Source: an uncultured Planctomycetota bacterium
GTDB taxonomy: Bacteria > Planctomycetota > SKW154 > DAOVDS01
Assembly (NCBI GenBank): GCA_964641955.1
Contig: CAZXNM010000018.1
Span: 25,620-89,619, forward strand
Length of the DNA: 64,000 nt
Direction: 5' to 3'
Of the stretch, positions 10,227 to 18,864 are shown piece by piece (the stretch's first letter is position 1; the number at the start of each line of letters is the position of its first letter). The translations under genes and the position numbers were made by a program. The notes under the pieces were generated by a model. It was not told where the DNA came from. It was given only the letters and a program-made list of their open reading frames with translations, and made no database searches.

Positions 10227-11321
10227 ATGCTTGGAACATCAATACTTGAGACAACGTGCAGCAGGTTTCTCGACGGGAACTGGTCGAGGGTTTGCTACAC
10301 GTACTATCGGATGAGGCAGAAGGCGGGGCTGCTCGCGCCGCCCGAGGACGTGCAGTGGCTCGCCACATCGCGGTGCAACCTGCACTGCAGGCACTGCGGC
10401 ACGGACGCCGGCGCTGCCGCGCCCAACGAGCTGACCACGGAAGAAATCAAGGGCGTTCTCGACGAGCTGGCCGCGCTGGACACGACGTATCTGACGCTCA
10501 CCGGCGGCGAGCCGCTTATGCGGGAAGACCTCTTCGAGGTGCTTCATTACGCGGCCGAGCTTGGCATTCGGTACAACATAGTCACGAACGCGACCTTCGT
10601 GCCGAGATTCGAGGATGAGTTCAGGAAGCTCCCGCCGGCGTCGGTGAAAGTCTCGATAGACGGCCCGCCCGAGACGCACGCCTACATCCGCGGCGACCGG
10701 GACAACTTCGAGGCCTGCATGCACGCGCTTACTTTCTTCAAGACGCTCGGAATCGACACGCGCGTTATCTGCACGACGCTCAACCAGCGCAATATCGGCG
10801 AAGTGGAAGAGCTTTTAAGGTACGTCAGGTCTTCGGACGCGACACTGTGGGAATTCCATCGCCCGACTCTCGAGGGCCGGGCGGCTGTCAACTCCGGCTG
10901 GATGTACCTGACGCAGGAGCAGTTCACGGGACTGTTCCGGTTCATAATGGAGAACCAGCACCTTTTCCCGATTTTCATGGGCGAGGGGTGCGGGTATACC
11001 GGCTCGATTACGCGCAGAATATACGACGGGCGCAGATTCTTCTGCGGGGCGGGGTGGTCCACGTTCACGATTATGCACGACGGCTCGGTCGCGGGCTGTC
11101 CTGCGTTCGAGAAACAGTGGACTGAGGGCTCCATCAGGGAAAAATCTGTCACCGAGCTGTGGCGGACGGGCTTCAGGCGCTTTCGCGAGATATACAGTAA
11201 CCTTAACGAGGAATGCAGGCAGTGCAAGTACCTGAGCGCCTGCCACGGCGGATGCTGGATGCACAGGCGCACCGGCGACCAGTGCCTGAAGGAAGTATGG
11301 GAAAAGATGACCCGGGCTTGA
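10227..11321 (+). CDS. Radical SAM/SPASM-domain protein, putative protein/peptide maturase (rSAM/lipoprotein-system-like, candidate splicease)
   Basis: CxxxCxxC motif RCNLHCRHC, GGEPLMR, and SPASM cysteines FFCGAG...DGSVAGCP...CRQC..LSACHGGC. Start assigned to ATG 10227, downstream of the terminator. Confidence 0.9.
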   Translation: MLGTSILETTCSRFLDGNWSRVCYTYYRMRQKAGLLAPPEDVQWLATSRCNLHCRHCGTDAGAAAPNELTTEEIKGVLDELAALDTTYLTLTGGEPLMREDLFEVLHYAAELGIRYNIVTNATFVPRFEDEFRKLPPASVKVSIDGPPETHAYIRGDRDNFEACMHALTFFKTLGIDTRVICTTLNQRNIGEVEELLRYVRSSDATLWEFHRPTLEGRAAVNSGWMYLTQEQFTGLFRFIMENQHLFPIFMGEGCGYTGSITRRIYDGRRFFCGAGWSTFTIMHDGSVAGCPAFEKQWTEGSIREKSVTELWRTGFRRFREIYSNLNEECRQCKYLSACHGGCWMHRRTGDQCLKEVWEKMTRA

Positions 11322-11336
11322 CGGGAGATTAAGACT

Positions 11337-12791
11337 ATGGAAAAGCTGCAGAATGTCGTGTTGTTCACGGCCGCGCTGTTCAGCGCGCTGGCGCTGTTCG
11401 CCGTCGGGAAGCGCTATATAGCCACGAGCGCCAACTCGCGCAGGGCAAGGAAATACCTGCTCTACACTTCCGCCGTGCTTGTCTTCCTCTGTGGGACGAC
11501 GGGCCTGCTCAGGTCCAACTCGGGAGGCGTTGCTTACGCGCAGGAAAAAGCCCGCCCCACCACTGACACGAATCTCAGCCAGTGCGCCGGGTGGCAGCGG
11601 ATACGCTCGTTTACCATGACGACAATCGGGCGTCTGCGGCTTCGTGAGAAGCTCGATACGGACAAGCTCAATAAGTTCAGGTCCGAGTTGAAGGAGCGAA
11701 TCTCCGATGCGGGCGAGTTGAAGAAATCGGGCACAATCTCCGAGCCGGTGAGATTTTACGTGGAGACCATTCTCAAGGACCTCGCGTGGCAGGTGGAGAA
11801 CGCCGCTTCCGGCAAAACGCCGGCGAAGAGCGAGGTGGCGAAAAGGTTCGCGTTCGAGCTGAGGCTGCATCGCGATGTTGCGCGATACCTTAACGGGTCG
11901 AGCCGCTGCGACGATTCTCAACGGCCGGAAAAGCTCAAGGATGTATTGGGCGACAAGGCGATAAGAAAGTCGGATATCACTCTGGCAGCACAGCTAAAGG
12001 CAACAGTCCAGGCCGCTTTCGACATGGCGAAAAGCCTTGCGTTCAAGGACAAGCTTACCGGCAGCGGTTGCGCCCGCGAGGGATACAAGAAACTCCTCTG
12101 TACACTTTCCGATGAGGTCTATGGTTTCGTCGCCCGCTCGCGCCCGGGCATTCACAGGGAGATTCCGCCCGACCCGGCACCGGTTCCCGAGTACGGTGTG
12201 AAACCGCTCTACGGCGTACGCCCAGAGCCGCCGCGCCGCATGCCAAAGCTGCAGGCTGCGCAGGGGCCGACTGTGGTTTCGCTCGAAGGCAAGCTGAAAG
12301 TCAGGCGCCCCGGCGGCGTCTGGCGCGGAGTCGGCACAGGGACCACGGTCACGGTTGCTTCGGTAGTCGAGAACTGCCGCGACAAGAAGGATGTCGTTAA
12401 ATTTTCGAACGGGCCTGCAGCGACAATCGAGCCGCGGGAAGTCCTCGCCGGATGGGAACTCCGGGCCGAGACCCCTCCGGAACTGCTGCGACGTGTGGCG
12501 AAGCTCATTGAGAACCTCGCAGGCGAGGACGAGGTGCGCTCCGGGGCAATGACCGAACTCAGGGGAATGGGGCTTTCGGTGTGGCCTTCGCTGCAGGAAA
12601 CGGCTTTCTGCGACGTGAGCCGGCGGGCCGAAGCGGCCATCCAGCTTCTGCGGGAGCTTGCGAACCGTTACGGGACGTACGGCGGCAGTCTGACGGCTGA
12701 CGACCTCTCGCTCAGCAGTTCCACGCTGCCAGCGGAGCCCGTGCCCCCGCCGTCCATGACCCGGTACGGGGTCAGGCCTCGCGGGCGTTAG
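11337..12791 (+). CDS. Membrane-anchored protein with repeated XYGV(K/R)P motifs; putative rSAM substrate
   Basis: Starts 15 nt after the rSAM stop. Two N-terminal hydrophobic helices. EYGVKP (E285), LYGVRP (L291) and RYGVRP (R476) lie in Pro-rich segments. Also a FecR-like beta segment and a HEAT-like module. Confidence 0.8.
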   Translation: MEKLQNVVLFTAALFSALALFAVGKRYIATSANSRRARKYLLYTSAVLVFLCGTTGLLRSNSGGVAYAQEKARPTTDTNLSQCAGWQRIRSFTMTTIGRLRLREKLDTDKLNKFRSELKERISDAGELKKSGTISEPVRFYVETILKDLAWQVENAASGKTPAKSEVAKRFAFELRLHRDVARYLNGSSRCDDSQRPEKLKDVLGDKAIRKSDITLAAQLKATVQAAFDMAKSLAFKDKLTGSGCAREGYKKLLCTLSDEVYGFVARSRPGIHREIPPDPAPVPEYGVKPLYGVRPEPPRRMPKLQAAQGPTVVSLEGKLKVRRPGGVWRGVGTGTTVTVASVVENCRDKKDVVKFSNGPAATIEPREVLAGWELRAETPPELLRRVAKLIENLAGEDEVRSGAMTELRGMGLSVWPSLQETAFCDVSRRAEAAIQLLRELANRYGTYGGSLTADDLSLSSSTLPAEPVPPPSMTRYGVRPRGR

Positions 12792-12900
12792 GGAGAGAAT
12801 TCGCCCGTACCGCGAAGATGAAGACACCAATTCCCGGCGGAACTCTCGCCTTTGCCGCGCGTTAAACTCACCGGACAGGCTTTACAAGGGAGGATTACCC

Positions 12901-13914
12901 GTGAAATATACGCTGTATATTGCGCTGGCAGTGGCGCTTCTTATGTATCCCGCCGCTGTCTTCGCCCAGGAAGGCCAGGGTGATGGTCCGCGCGACGCCC
13001 GACCTGCCGCGAAGAAAGCAGGCAGCAAGAAGGATGAGGCGGCGACCAGCGACCCGGCTTCGCTCAAGGACCTCAAGCACACCATCAGCTTCCTGAACCT
13101 CCTGAACGGGCTCAACCTGACGCAGGAACAGCTTGATAAGCTCATCAAGCTCAACAAAAAGTACGGGGAGACGGCGGTCGAATACGAAAAAAAGTACAGG
13201 GAAGTCCTGGATGACGAGAAGTCCGTGCTGTCGGAACTCGAAGAAGTCGTCCGTCAGAACAAGCCCATTCCCAAAAAGCTCGAGAACAGGGTCCACAAGG
13301 TCGAGGAGCGCTCCCGTGAGGTCAAGCGCGTTGTGGATGAAACGAACGTTAAGTTCATAAAGACGACGGAGTCGATTTTTACCGAGGAGCAGATGGAGGT
13401 TATCGAGGATTTCGAACCCTGCACTATACCCCCGAAAAACCTCAGCGACCCGGTCCGCGTCGGCCAGGCTTCAGACAACGAGCGCGTTGTCAGTATCATG
13501 CGCAGAATCCGGCAAATGCCCCAGCATATGTTCGATGCCAATCTCGATGGTATCCTGGACAAGCACATGGAACACCTCACAAAGAAGAAAAGGCTGTCAG
13601 ACAAGGAAAAACAGGCTGAGAGGGAGAGGCTCAAGGGATTCCTCAACATGGTCCGCAACATGGAGGAAGTGGAGTTCGAGATAAACAAAGACAAGCTCGC
13701 CGAGGATTACAAGTGGAAGGACCAGGCCAAGGAACTGCGCAAGGAACTCGACAAAGTCTCCAGGGTGAGGCACCCGAACCGCGGCCAGAGCAAGGCGGCT
13801 CGGTACTTCCTCGATCCGAAAATCATACCCGTGCTCGAAGAGAGGCTCGAAAAGGCCAGAGGCGACGAAGGCAAGCTCAGGGGCGGCAAGCGCTCCGGCG
13901 GGAAAAAGCGTTAG
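12901..13914 (+). CDS. Secreted helical protein with an LNLTxEQ (Spy/CpxP-like) motif; paralog A
   Basis: GTG start with SD GGAGG. Signal peptide ending AVFA-Q. Shares PPK(N/S)LSDPVRVGQA with 17534..18697. Confidence 0.8.
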   Translation: MKYTLYIALAVALLMYPAAVFAQEGQGDGPRDARPAAKKAGSKKDEAATSDPASLKDLKHTISFLNLLNGLNLTQEQLDKLIKLNKKYGETAVEYEKKYREVLDDEKSVLSELEEVVRQNKPIPKKLENRVHKVEERSREVKRVVDETNVKFIKTTESIFTEEQMEVIEDFEPCTIPPKNLSDPVRVGQASDNERVVSIMRRIRQMPQHMFDANLDGILDKHMEHLTKKKRLSDKEKQAERERLKGFLNMVRNMEEVEFEINKDKLAEDYKWKDQAKELRKELDKVSRVRHPNRGQSKAARYFLDPKIIPVLEERLEKARGDEGKLRGGKRSGGKKR

Positions 13915-13966
13915 ACGACCAGGCCGACAGGCTTATTTGACCCACGGACGGCTGCAATATGAAACC

Positions 13967-13995
13967 TTGCACCGGCGTTCCTGCTATTACATAAT
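13967..13995 (+). promoter_or_regulatory. Putative sigma70 promoter
   Basis: TTGCAC-17 nt-CATAAT, upstream of ATG 14030. Confidence 0.5.
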
Positions 13996-14029
13996 AGAAA
14001 AGGAACAAACACTGCGCAGGTGAATCAAA

Positions 14030-15163
14030 ATGCACATAACGAGAAGGGAATTCCTGAGGCAGGCGGGAAAAACCACGGTGGCCGTGGGGAGCCTGCCTTT
14101 GCTGCTGAAGGCGCTCGGCCTGATTGACGAGCCGCTCTTCGCCGCGGGCGGGTATCCCGAGGCAAAGTACTACGACAAGCTGTCCGGCAAGCAGGTCCAC
14201 TGCATGCTCTGCCCGATGCAGCACGTGCTCGACGACGGCGAGACGGGGCCCTGCCGCACGCGAAAGAATCACGGCGGAGTTCTGAAGACTCACGCATACG
14301 AGAATCCCGCAATTATCAAGGTGGACCCGATAGAGAAGCTGCCCTCGACGCATTTCCTTCCCGACACGAAGACGCTGACCATAGCGACAGGGGGCTGCAC
14401 CCTGAGATGCCTCTACTGCCAGAACTGGCAGCAGTCGCAAAGCGCGCCGGAGGCTCTCAAGACGGTTGACCTGCCGGCGGCGGAGGCGGTCAAGCGCGCC
14501 CTCGGCAAGGAAATCAAGGCGATTGCGTTCAGCTACACCGAGCCGTTCGTTTTCTACGAGTACGCGCTGGAGATTGCGAAAAAAGCCAAAGAGAAGAAGA
14601 TGCGCGTCGCGATTGCCACGGGTGGCTATATCGAGGAGAAGCCGCTCGTCGAGCTGTGCAAGTACGTGGATGCGATTACGGTCGGGCTAAAGGGATTCAC
14701 GGAGAAATGTTACGAAAAGCTGACGAGCCGGTCGCTTGACAATGTGAAAAAAACGCTGCAGACAATCAAGAAAAAGACCAAGGTCTGGCTCGAAATCACG
14801 AACTTGGTCGTTCCCACGTACAACGACGACCGGAAGATGATTACCGAGATGTGCAAATGGATTAAGAAAAACCTCGGTACGGACGTTCCGCTGCATTTCG
14901 GCCGGTTCGTGCCCAAGTACAAGCTCAAGAACCTGCCGCAGACGCCCCTGAAGAGCCTCGAAGAAGCCCGGCAAATCGGCTTGAAGGAAGGGCTCAGGTT
15001 CGTCTACATATCGAACGTGGCTCCGCACGAGGGCAATAACACCTACTGCCCGGGCTGCAAGAAGCCGCTGATAAAGCGCGTTGGCTTCAAGGTTCTCGAG
15101 AACGAGATAAAAGACGGCAAGTGCAGGTTCTGCGGCAGGAAGATACCGGGGGTGTGGAAATAG
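14030..15163 (+). CDS. amrS: AmmeMemoRadiSam-system radical SAM enzyme (PflA-like) with a twin-arginine leader
   Basis: N-terminal TRREFL. VHCMLCP..C...GPCRTRKN, DPIEKLP, GCTLRCLYCQNW, FSYTEP, WLEITNLVVP, PLHF, and C-terminal TYCPGC...CRFCG. Confidence 0.88.
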   Translation: MHITRREFLRQAGKTTVAVGSLPLLLKALGLIDEPLFAAGGYPEAKYYDKLSGKQVHCMLCPMQHVLDDGETGPCRTRKNHGGVLKTHAYENPAIIKVDPIEKLPSTHFLPDTKTLTIATGGCTLRCLYCQNWQQSQSAPEALKTVDLPAAEAVKRALGKEIKAIAFSYTEPFVFYEYALEIAKKAKEKKMRVAIATGGYIEEKPLVELCKYVDAITVGLKGFTEKCYEKLTSRSLDNVKKTLQTIKKKTKVWLEITNLVVPTYNDDRKMITEMCKWIKKNLGTDVPLHFGRFVPKYKLKNLPQTPLKSLEEARQIGLKEGLRFVYISNVAPHEGNNTYCPGCKKPLIKRVGFKVLENEIKDGKCRFCGRKIPGVWK

Positions 15164-17460
15164 CCTCCCGCCGAGCCACCGCCGCCGCGACCCTGGCCGC
15201 GCTTCTCGCGGTAGGCGCATTCGAGCAGATTTCCCAGGTCATCCTCGTCAGGGAATTCTTCGTCGTTTTCAAGGGCAACGAGGTCTCGTTCGGCGCTGTC
15301 TTTGCCTTCTGGATGCTCTGGACCGCCGCCGGTAGCTGGGTTGCGGGCATGCTCGCCAGCAGAATCGAAAAGCCCGCCCGCTGGTTCTGCGTGCTCAACC
15401 TGCTGCTCGGCGTGCTTCTGGTCGCGGAAATCTACCTCGCGCGCATCTCGCGCAGCTTCTTCGACATACCCTCCGGGGCTTATGTAAGCATCTTTTCCAT
15501 GGCGCTTTTCACTTTCATCATGCTTGCCGGGGTGTGCTTCGTCGGCGGGACGCTTTTCGTGGTCGGCGCGAAGCTTTACGCCGCCGTGCGTGACAGCTCC
15601 GGGGCGGACGTGCCCGCGAGGGCCTACATAGCCGACTCGCTCGGCTGTCTCGTCGGCGGGGTCGGTGCGACCTTCGTGTTCGTGATATTTTTCGATTCGT
15701 TCACGAGCGCTTTCATCGCATCCGCGGCGCTTCTTGCAGCGGCGGCGTGGCTTGCGTTCTCCAGCGGTCTGCGAGTGCTGCGCGTGGTCGTTCCGGCTGC
15801 CGGCGCGGCGTGCATTGTGCTCTGCTTCTTCGGGCCTTCGCTTAACTGGGCTGCGGAGAAGGCACAGTGGCGGCGCTACAACAAGGCCTACGAACTCGTC
15901 GATACGCGCAACTCGAAATACGGCAACCTCGCAGTACTTAAGTATGGCGAACAGCACTCGCTCTTCGGGAACGGCGACCTGTACTTCTCCATGCCTGACG
16001 AGGAAGCTCCGAAGAACGCGGCGAATCTCTTCATGCTGCAGCATCCAGCCCCGAAGGATGTCCTTGTCGTGGGAGGCGGAATATCCGGGATGCTGCGCTG
16101 GATTCTGCTCTACGATGTCGAGCGCCTCGACTACGTGGAGCTTGACCCCGAGGTTATCGAAATGGCGAGGAAGTATCTCGCGCCGGACGACTTGGAAGCA
16201 CTCGAGCACGAAGCGGTGCATATCCACAATACGGACGGCAGGATGTTCATCTGGCGCACGCAGCACATGTACGACCTCGTTATCTGCCAGCTTCCCGACC
16301 CGTCCACCGCGTCGCTGAACCGGTTCTACACGCTGGAATTTTTCGAGCGCGCGCGGAAGGTTCTCAAAAAAGGCGGCGTATTTGTCACGGGCGTGTCCGG
16401 CGAGGGTTTCTGGGAAAAGGAGCTGATGCAGCGCAACGGCTCCGTCTTTGTGACGCTCGCGCAGGCATTCCCGAAGGTGATAGCCACGCCGGGCGGGACT
16501 TTCGTTGCGGGCGAAGAGGACGCGCCGGTCTCGCTCGATGCGGACGAACTCGCGCACAGGTACAGGTCGCGCGGGCTGGAAGTGCCGGGCTTCGTGCCGG
16601 AGCTGTTCTGTCTCATGCTCGAACCCGATTCGGTGGAGGCTGTAAACAGCAAGCTACAGGCATTTTCATCGCGCAAGGGGCAAGAGGGAGCGATTATAAA
16701 CACCGACTCTTATCCCATCAGTTATTTCTACAATCTTCTGATATGGAACAGGTATTCCGAGTCGGAGTGGGTGGCGGCGTTCGACTGGATGATTACGGTC
16801 CGGGCGTGGTGGGTTTTCCCGGTGCTCGCGGTGCTGCTGCTGCCTCTGCTGGTTCTGGCGGTTCTGCCGCGGACGAGGAAGGGCGGGGCGCACGCCAGGT
16901 ACACGGTGCTCCTTCTCATGGCGGTTACGGGCCTGTTCGGCATGGTCGTCGAGATTACGCTGCTCTACTGGTTCCAGAATATCTACGGCTACGTTTACGC
17001 CATGGTGGGCCTGCTGACATCGATGTTCATGTTCGGTCTGGCGGTGGGGGCGCTGGTCTCGCGGCGGGTAATGGGTGGCTGGCGGTCAAAGAGCGCTACT
17101 CTCGTCTGGGGCGCCGCGGCGCTCGCCTTCTGCGCCATTGTGGGGCTTCTGGGCCGCGCAACGCTGGGAGTTTCCCCGTCTCTGTCGATCTGGTTCTTCC
17201 TTGTCCTTAACTTCGCGGGCGGGCTGATTGTGGGGGCGATATTCCGCATGATGGCGGTTGCTGCCGAAGGGCTGGGATGGAAGCCTGAAAAATCCGCGGG
17301 CCTGCTTTACGGCGCCGACCTGGGCGGGGCGTGTCTTGGCTCGCTTGCTGCAGGGTCGCTCCTCATTCCCGTCCTCGGCACCCAGACTACGTGCCTCGTC
17401 GTTGGGATTCTCATGGCCGGCGCGCTGGCGGGATTTGCGCTTGCAGTGCGGAAATCTTGA
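15154..17460 (+). CDS. Multi-pass membrane protein fused to a spermidine-synthase-like SAM-dependent transferase domain
   Basis: N- and C-terminal TM bundles around VLVVGGGISG, YVELDPEVI, DGRMFI, YDLVICQLPDP and NRFYTLEFF. Likely GTG start at 15154, overlapping the amrS stop. Confidence 0.85.
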   Translation: MEIASRRATAAATLAALLAVGAFEQISQVILVREFFVVFKGNEVSFGAVFAFWMLWTAAGSWVAGMLASRIEKPARWFCVLNLLLGVLLVAEIYLARISRSFFDIPSGAYVSIFSMALFTFIMLAGVCFVGGTLFVVGAKLYAAVRDSSGADVPARAYIADSLGCLVGGVGATFVFVIFFDSFTSAFIASAALLAAAAWLAFSSGLRVLRVVVPAAGAACIVLCFFGPSLNWAAEKAQWRRYNKAYELVDTRNSKYGNLAVLKYGEQHSLFGNGDLYFSMPDEEAPKNAANLFMLQHPAPKDVLVVGGGISGMLRWILLYDVERLDYVELDPEVIEMARKYLAPDDLEALEHEAVHIHNTDGRMFIWRTQHMYDLVICQLPDPSTASLNRFYTLEFFERARKVLKKGGVFVTGVSGEGFWEKELMQRNGSVFVTLAQAFPKVIATPGGTFVAGEEDAPVSLDADELAHRYRSRGLEVPGFVPELFCLMLEPDSVEAVNSKLQAFSSRKGQEGAIINTDSYPISYFYNLLIWNRYSESEWVAAFDWMITVRAWWVFPVLAVLLLPLLVLAVLPRTRKGGAHARYTVLLLMAVTGLFGMVVEITLLYWFQNIYGYVYAMVGLLTSMFMFGLAVGALVSRRVMGGWRSKSATLVWGAAALAFCAIVGLLGRATLGVSPSLSIWFFLVLNFAGGLIVGAIFRMMAVAAEGLGWKPEKSAGLLYGADLGGACLGSLAAGSLLIPVLGTQTTCLVVGILMAGALAGFALAVRKS

Positions 17461-17533
17461 AACCTGCCCGGCATGCCCGCGTTACTGATGTTTGAGGGAA
17501 ACAATTAAGGTTCGTAAATGCACGGAGGTCGAT

Positions 17534-18697
17534 ATGGGCAAGCTGGCGATTATCGTGGTCGCTGTCGCTCTTGCAATTGTTCTGGTAACGGGGTCGGCTG
17601 TCACGGCGCAGGAAAAGGACGGGGAGCAACCAGAAAAGAAATACGCCTCCTGGGACGAGCACCTGTACGAACTTGGCTACCGGCTCTACATCAACTCGAC
17701 GATTAACGTGATAAACGGCGTCAACCTTACAAGGGAACAGGCTGTCAAACTGCGCGACTTGGCAAAGGAAGTAGAGAAGAAAGGCATCAAAAAGCCGGAA
17801 AGCAAAGGTAAGTTCCTGCCGGAAGTCCAGAAAGTCCGGGACGTCTTCATGGGGATTCAAAAGACCTTATCTGAAAGGAAAGAGGTCGGCAAGGAACTGA
17901 ACGCGAAGCTTGTGGAGGCGAGAAAGCTCGAATCCAGGATTCTCAGGGACGGTTTGACTTCTCCCGTCGTGGGCGAGAAATACGCCTCGTGCCGCCGCTG
18001 TCACGCCGAGCCAGGTTCCGAGGATGGGAAAATCACTTACGACGTCAAGGGCAAGAAGTGGAAAGCCATGGGTGCACAGGCAAAGTCGTCACGGGTAAAG
18101 AGGGAAATGGCAATCGCCCACCTCGGCGCAATTCTCAAGGATGAAGCAGGGTTCAAGTTCATGAGCAAGGAGATGAGCAAGAAGGTTGCTGCAATACTCA
18201 CGGACAATCAGAAAGAGGTCGTAGGCAACTTCTCCTGCTGCCTCGTGCCGCCGAAGTCGCTGAGCGACCCGGTGCGCGTGGGGCAGGCCGATGTGGCCGA
18301 GTGGCAGGTCGAGATGCTCGAGAAGGCGCGCAAGTGCCCCGACAGGCTCTGGCCTGCCGCGAAGAAGCGCACCCTCGACGAGCTCGAGAAGGCGGCTGCG
18401 GTTACCGACCCCGGGATAACCGAGAAGAAGAAAAAAGAGGAGCGCGAACGGGTAGCCGCGATACTCGACAAGGCGCGCTCTCTTTCAGACGTAGATTTCG
18501 AGATGGAAAAAGAAGAACTCGCTGCGCAGATTAAACTCTCTGCGGCCGAGATGCCCGAGTACCTGAGAGATTTCAACAGCGCGTTCTTCCTTCTCATGCC
18601 GGGCTCGGTGGAAGTGTACGACGGGCTTATAAAGCACCTCGACAGCCAGGAGTCACTTAAAGGCACCAAAAAGGGCGAAGCCGAAAAGGACAAATAA
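17534..18697 (+). CDS. Secreted helical protein, paralog B of 12901..13914, with a single CxxCH heme c motif
   Basis: ATG 17534 with SD GGAGG and a signal peptide. VNLTREQ, SCRRCH (nt 17990-18004), CCLVPPKSLSDPVRVGQA. Confidence 0.8.
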   Translation: MGKLAIIVVAVALAIVLVTGSAVTAQEKDGEQPEKKYASWDEHLYELGYRLYINSTINVINGVNLTREQAVKLRDLAKEVEKKGIKKPESKGKFLPEVQKVRDVFMGIQKTLSERKEVGKELNAKLVEARKLESRILRDGLTSPVVGEKYASCRRCHAEPGSEDGKITYDVKGKKWKAMGAQAKSSRVKREMAIAHLGAILKDEAGFKFMSKEMSKKVAAILTDNQKEVVGNFSCCLVPPKSLSDPVRVGQADVAEWQVEMLEKARKCPDRLWPAAKKRTLDELEKAAAVTDPGITEKKKKEERERVAAILDKARSLSDVDFEMEKEELAAQIKLSAAEMPEYLRDFNSAFFLLMPGSVEVYDGLIKHLDSQESLKGTKKGEAEKDK

Positions 18698-18723
18698 CAA
18701 TCAGGGCGCTCTTTTTCCCATAC

Positions 18724-18757
18724 AGGCCGCGGGCCTCGAAATCCGCGGCCTTTTCTT
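18724..18757 (+). terminator. Intrinsic terminator
   Basis: AGGCCGCGG-10 nt loop-CCGCGGCCT followed by TTTCTT. Confidence 0.7.
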
Positions 18758-18782
18758 ATTCAGGCAGCTTTGCACTTGAAGT

Positions 18783-18810
18783 TTGACCCGGCGGGCAACG
18801 TTTCTATAAT
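18783..18810 (+). promoter_or_regulatory. Putative sigma70 promoter
   Basis: TTGACC-16 nt-TATAAT. Confidence 0.55.
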
Positions 18811-18864
18811 TGTACCGGAGCTTTGTGCTTCTTAACACCCGGCGTTGGCAGAGGGACGGTCCGA

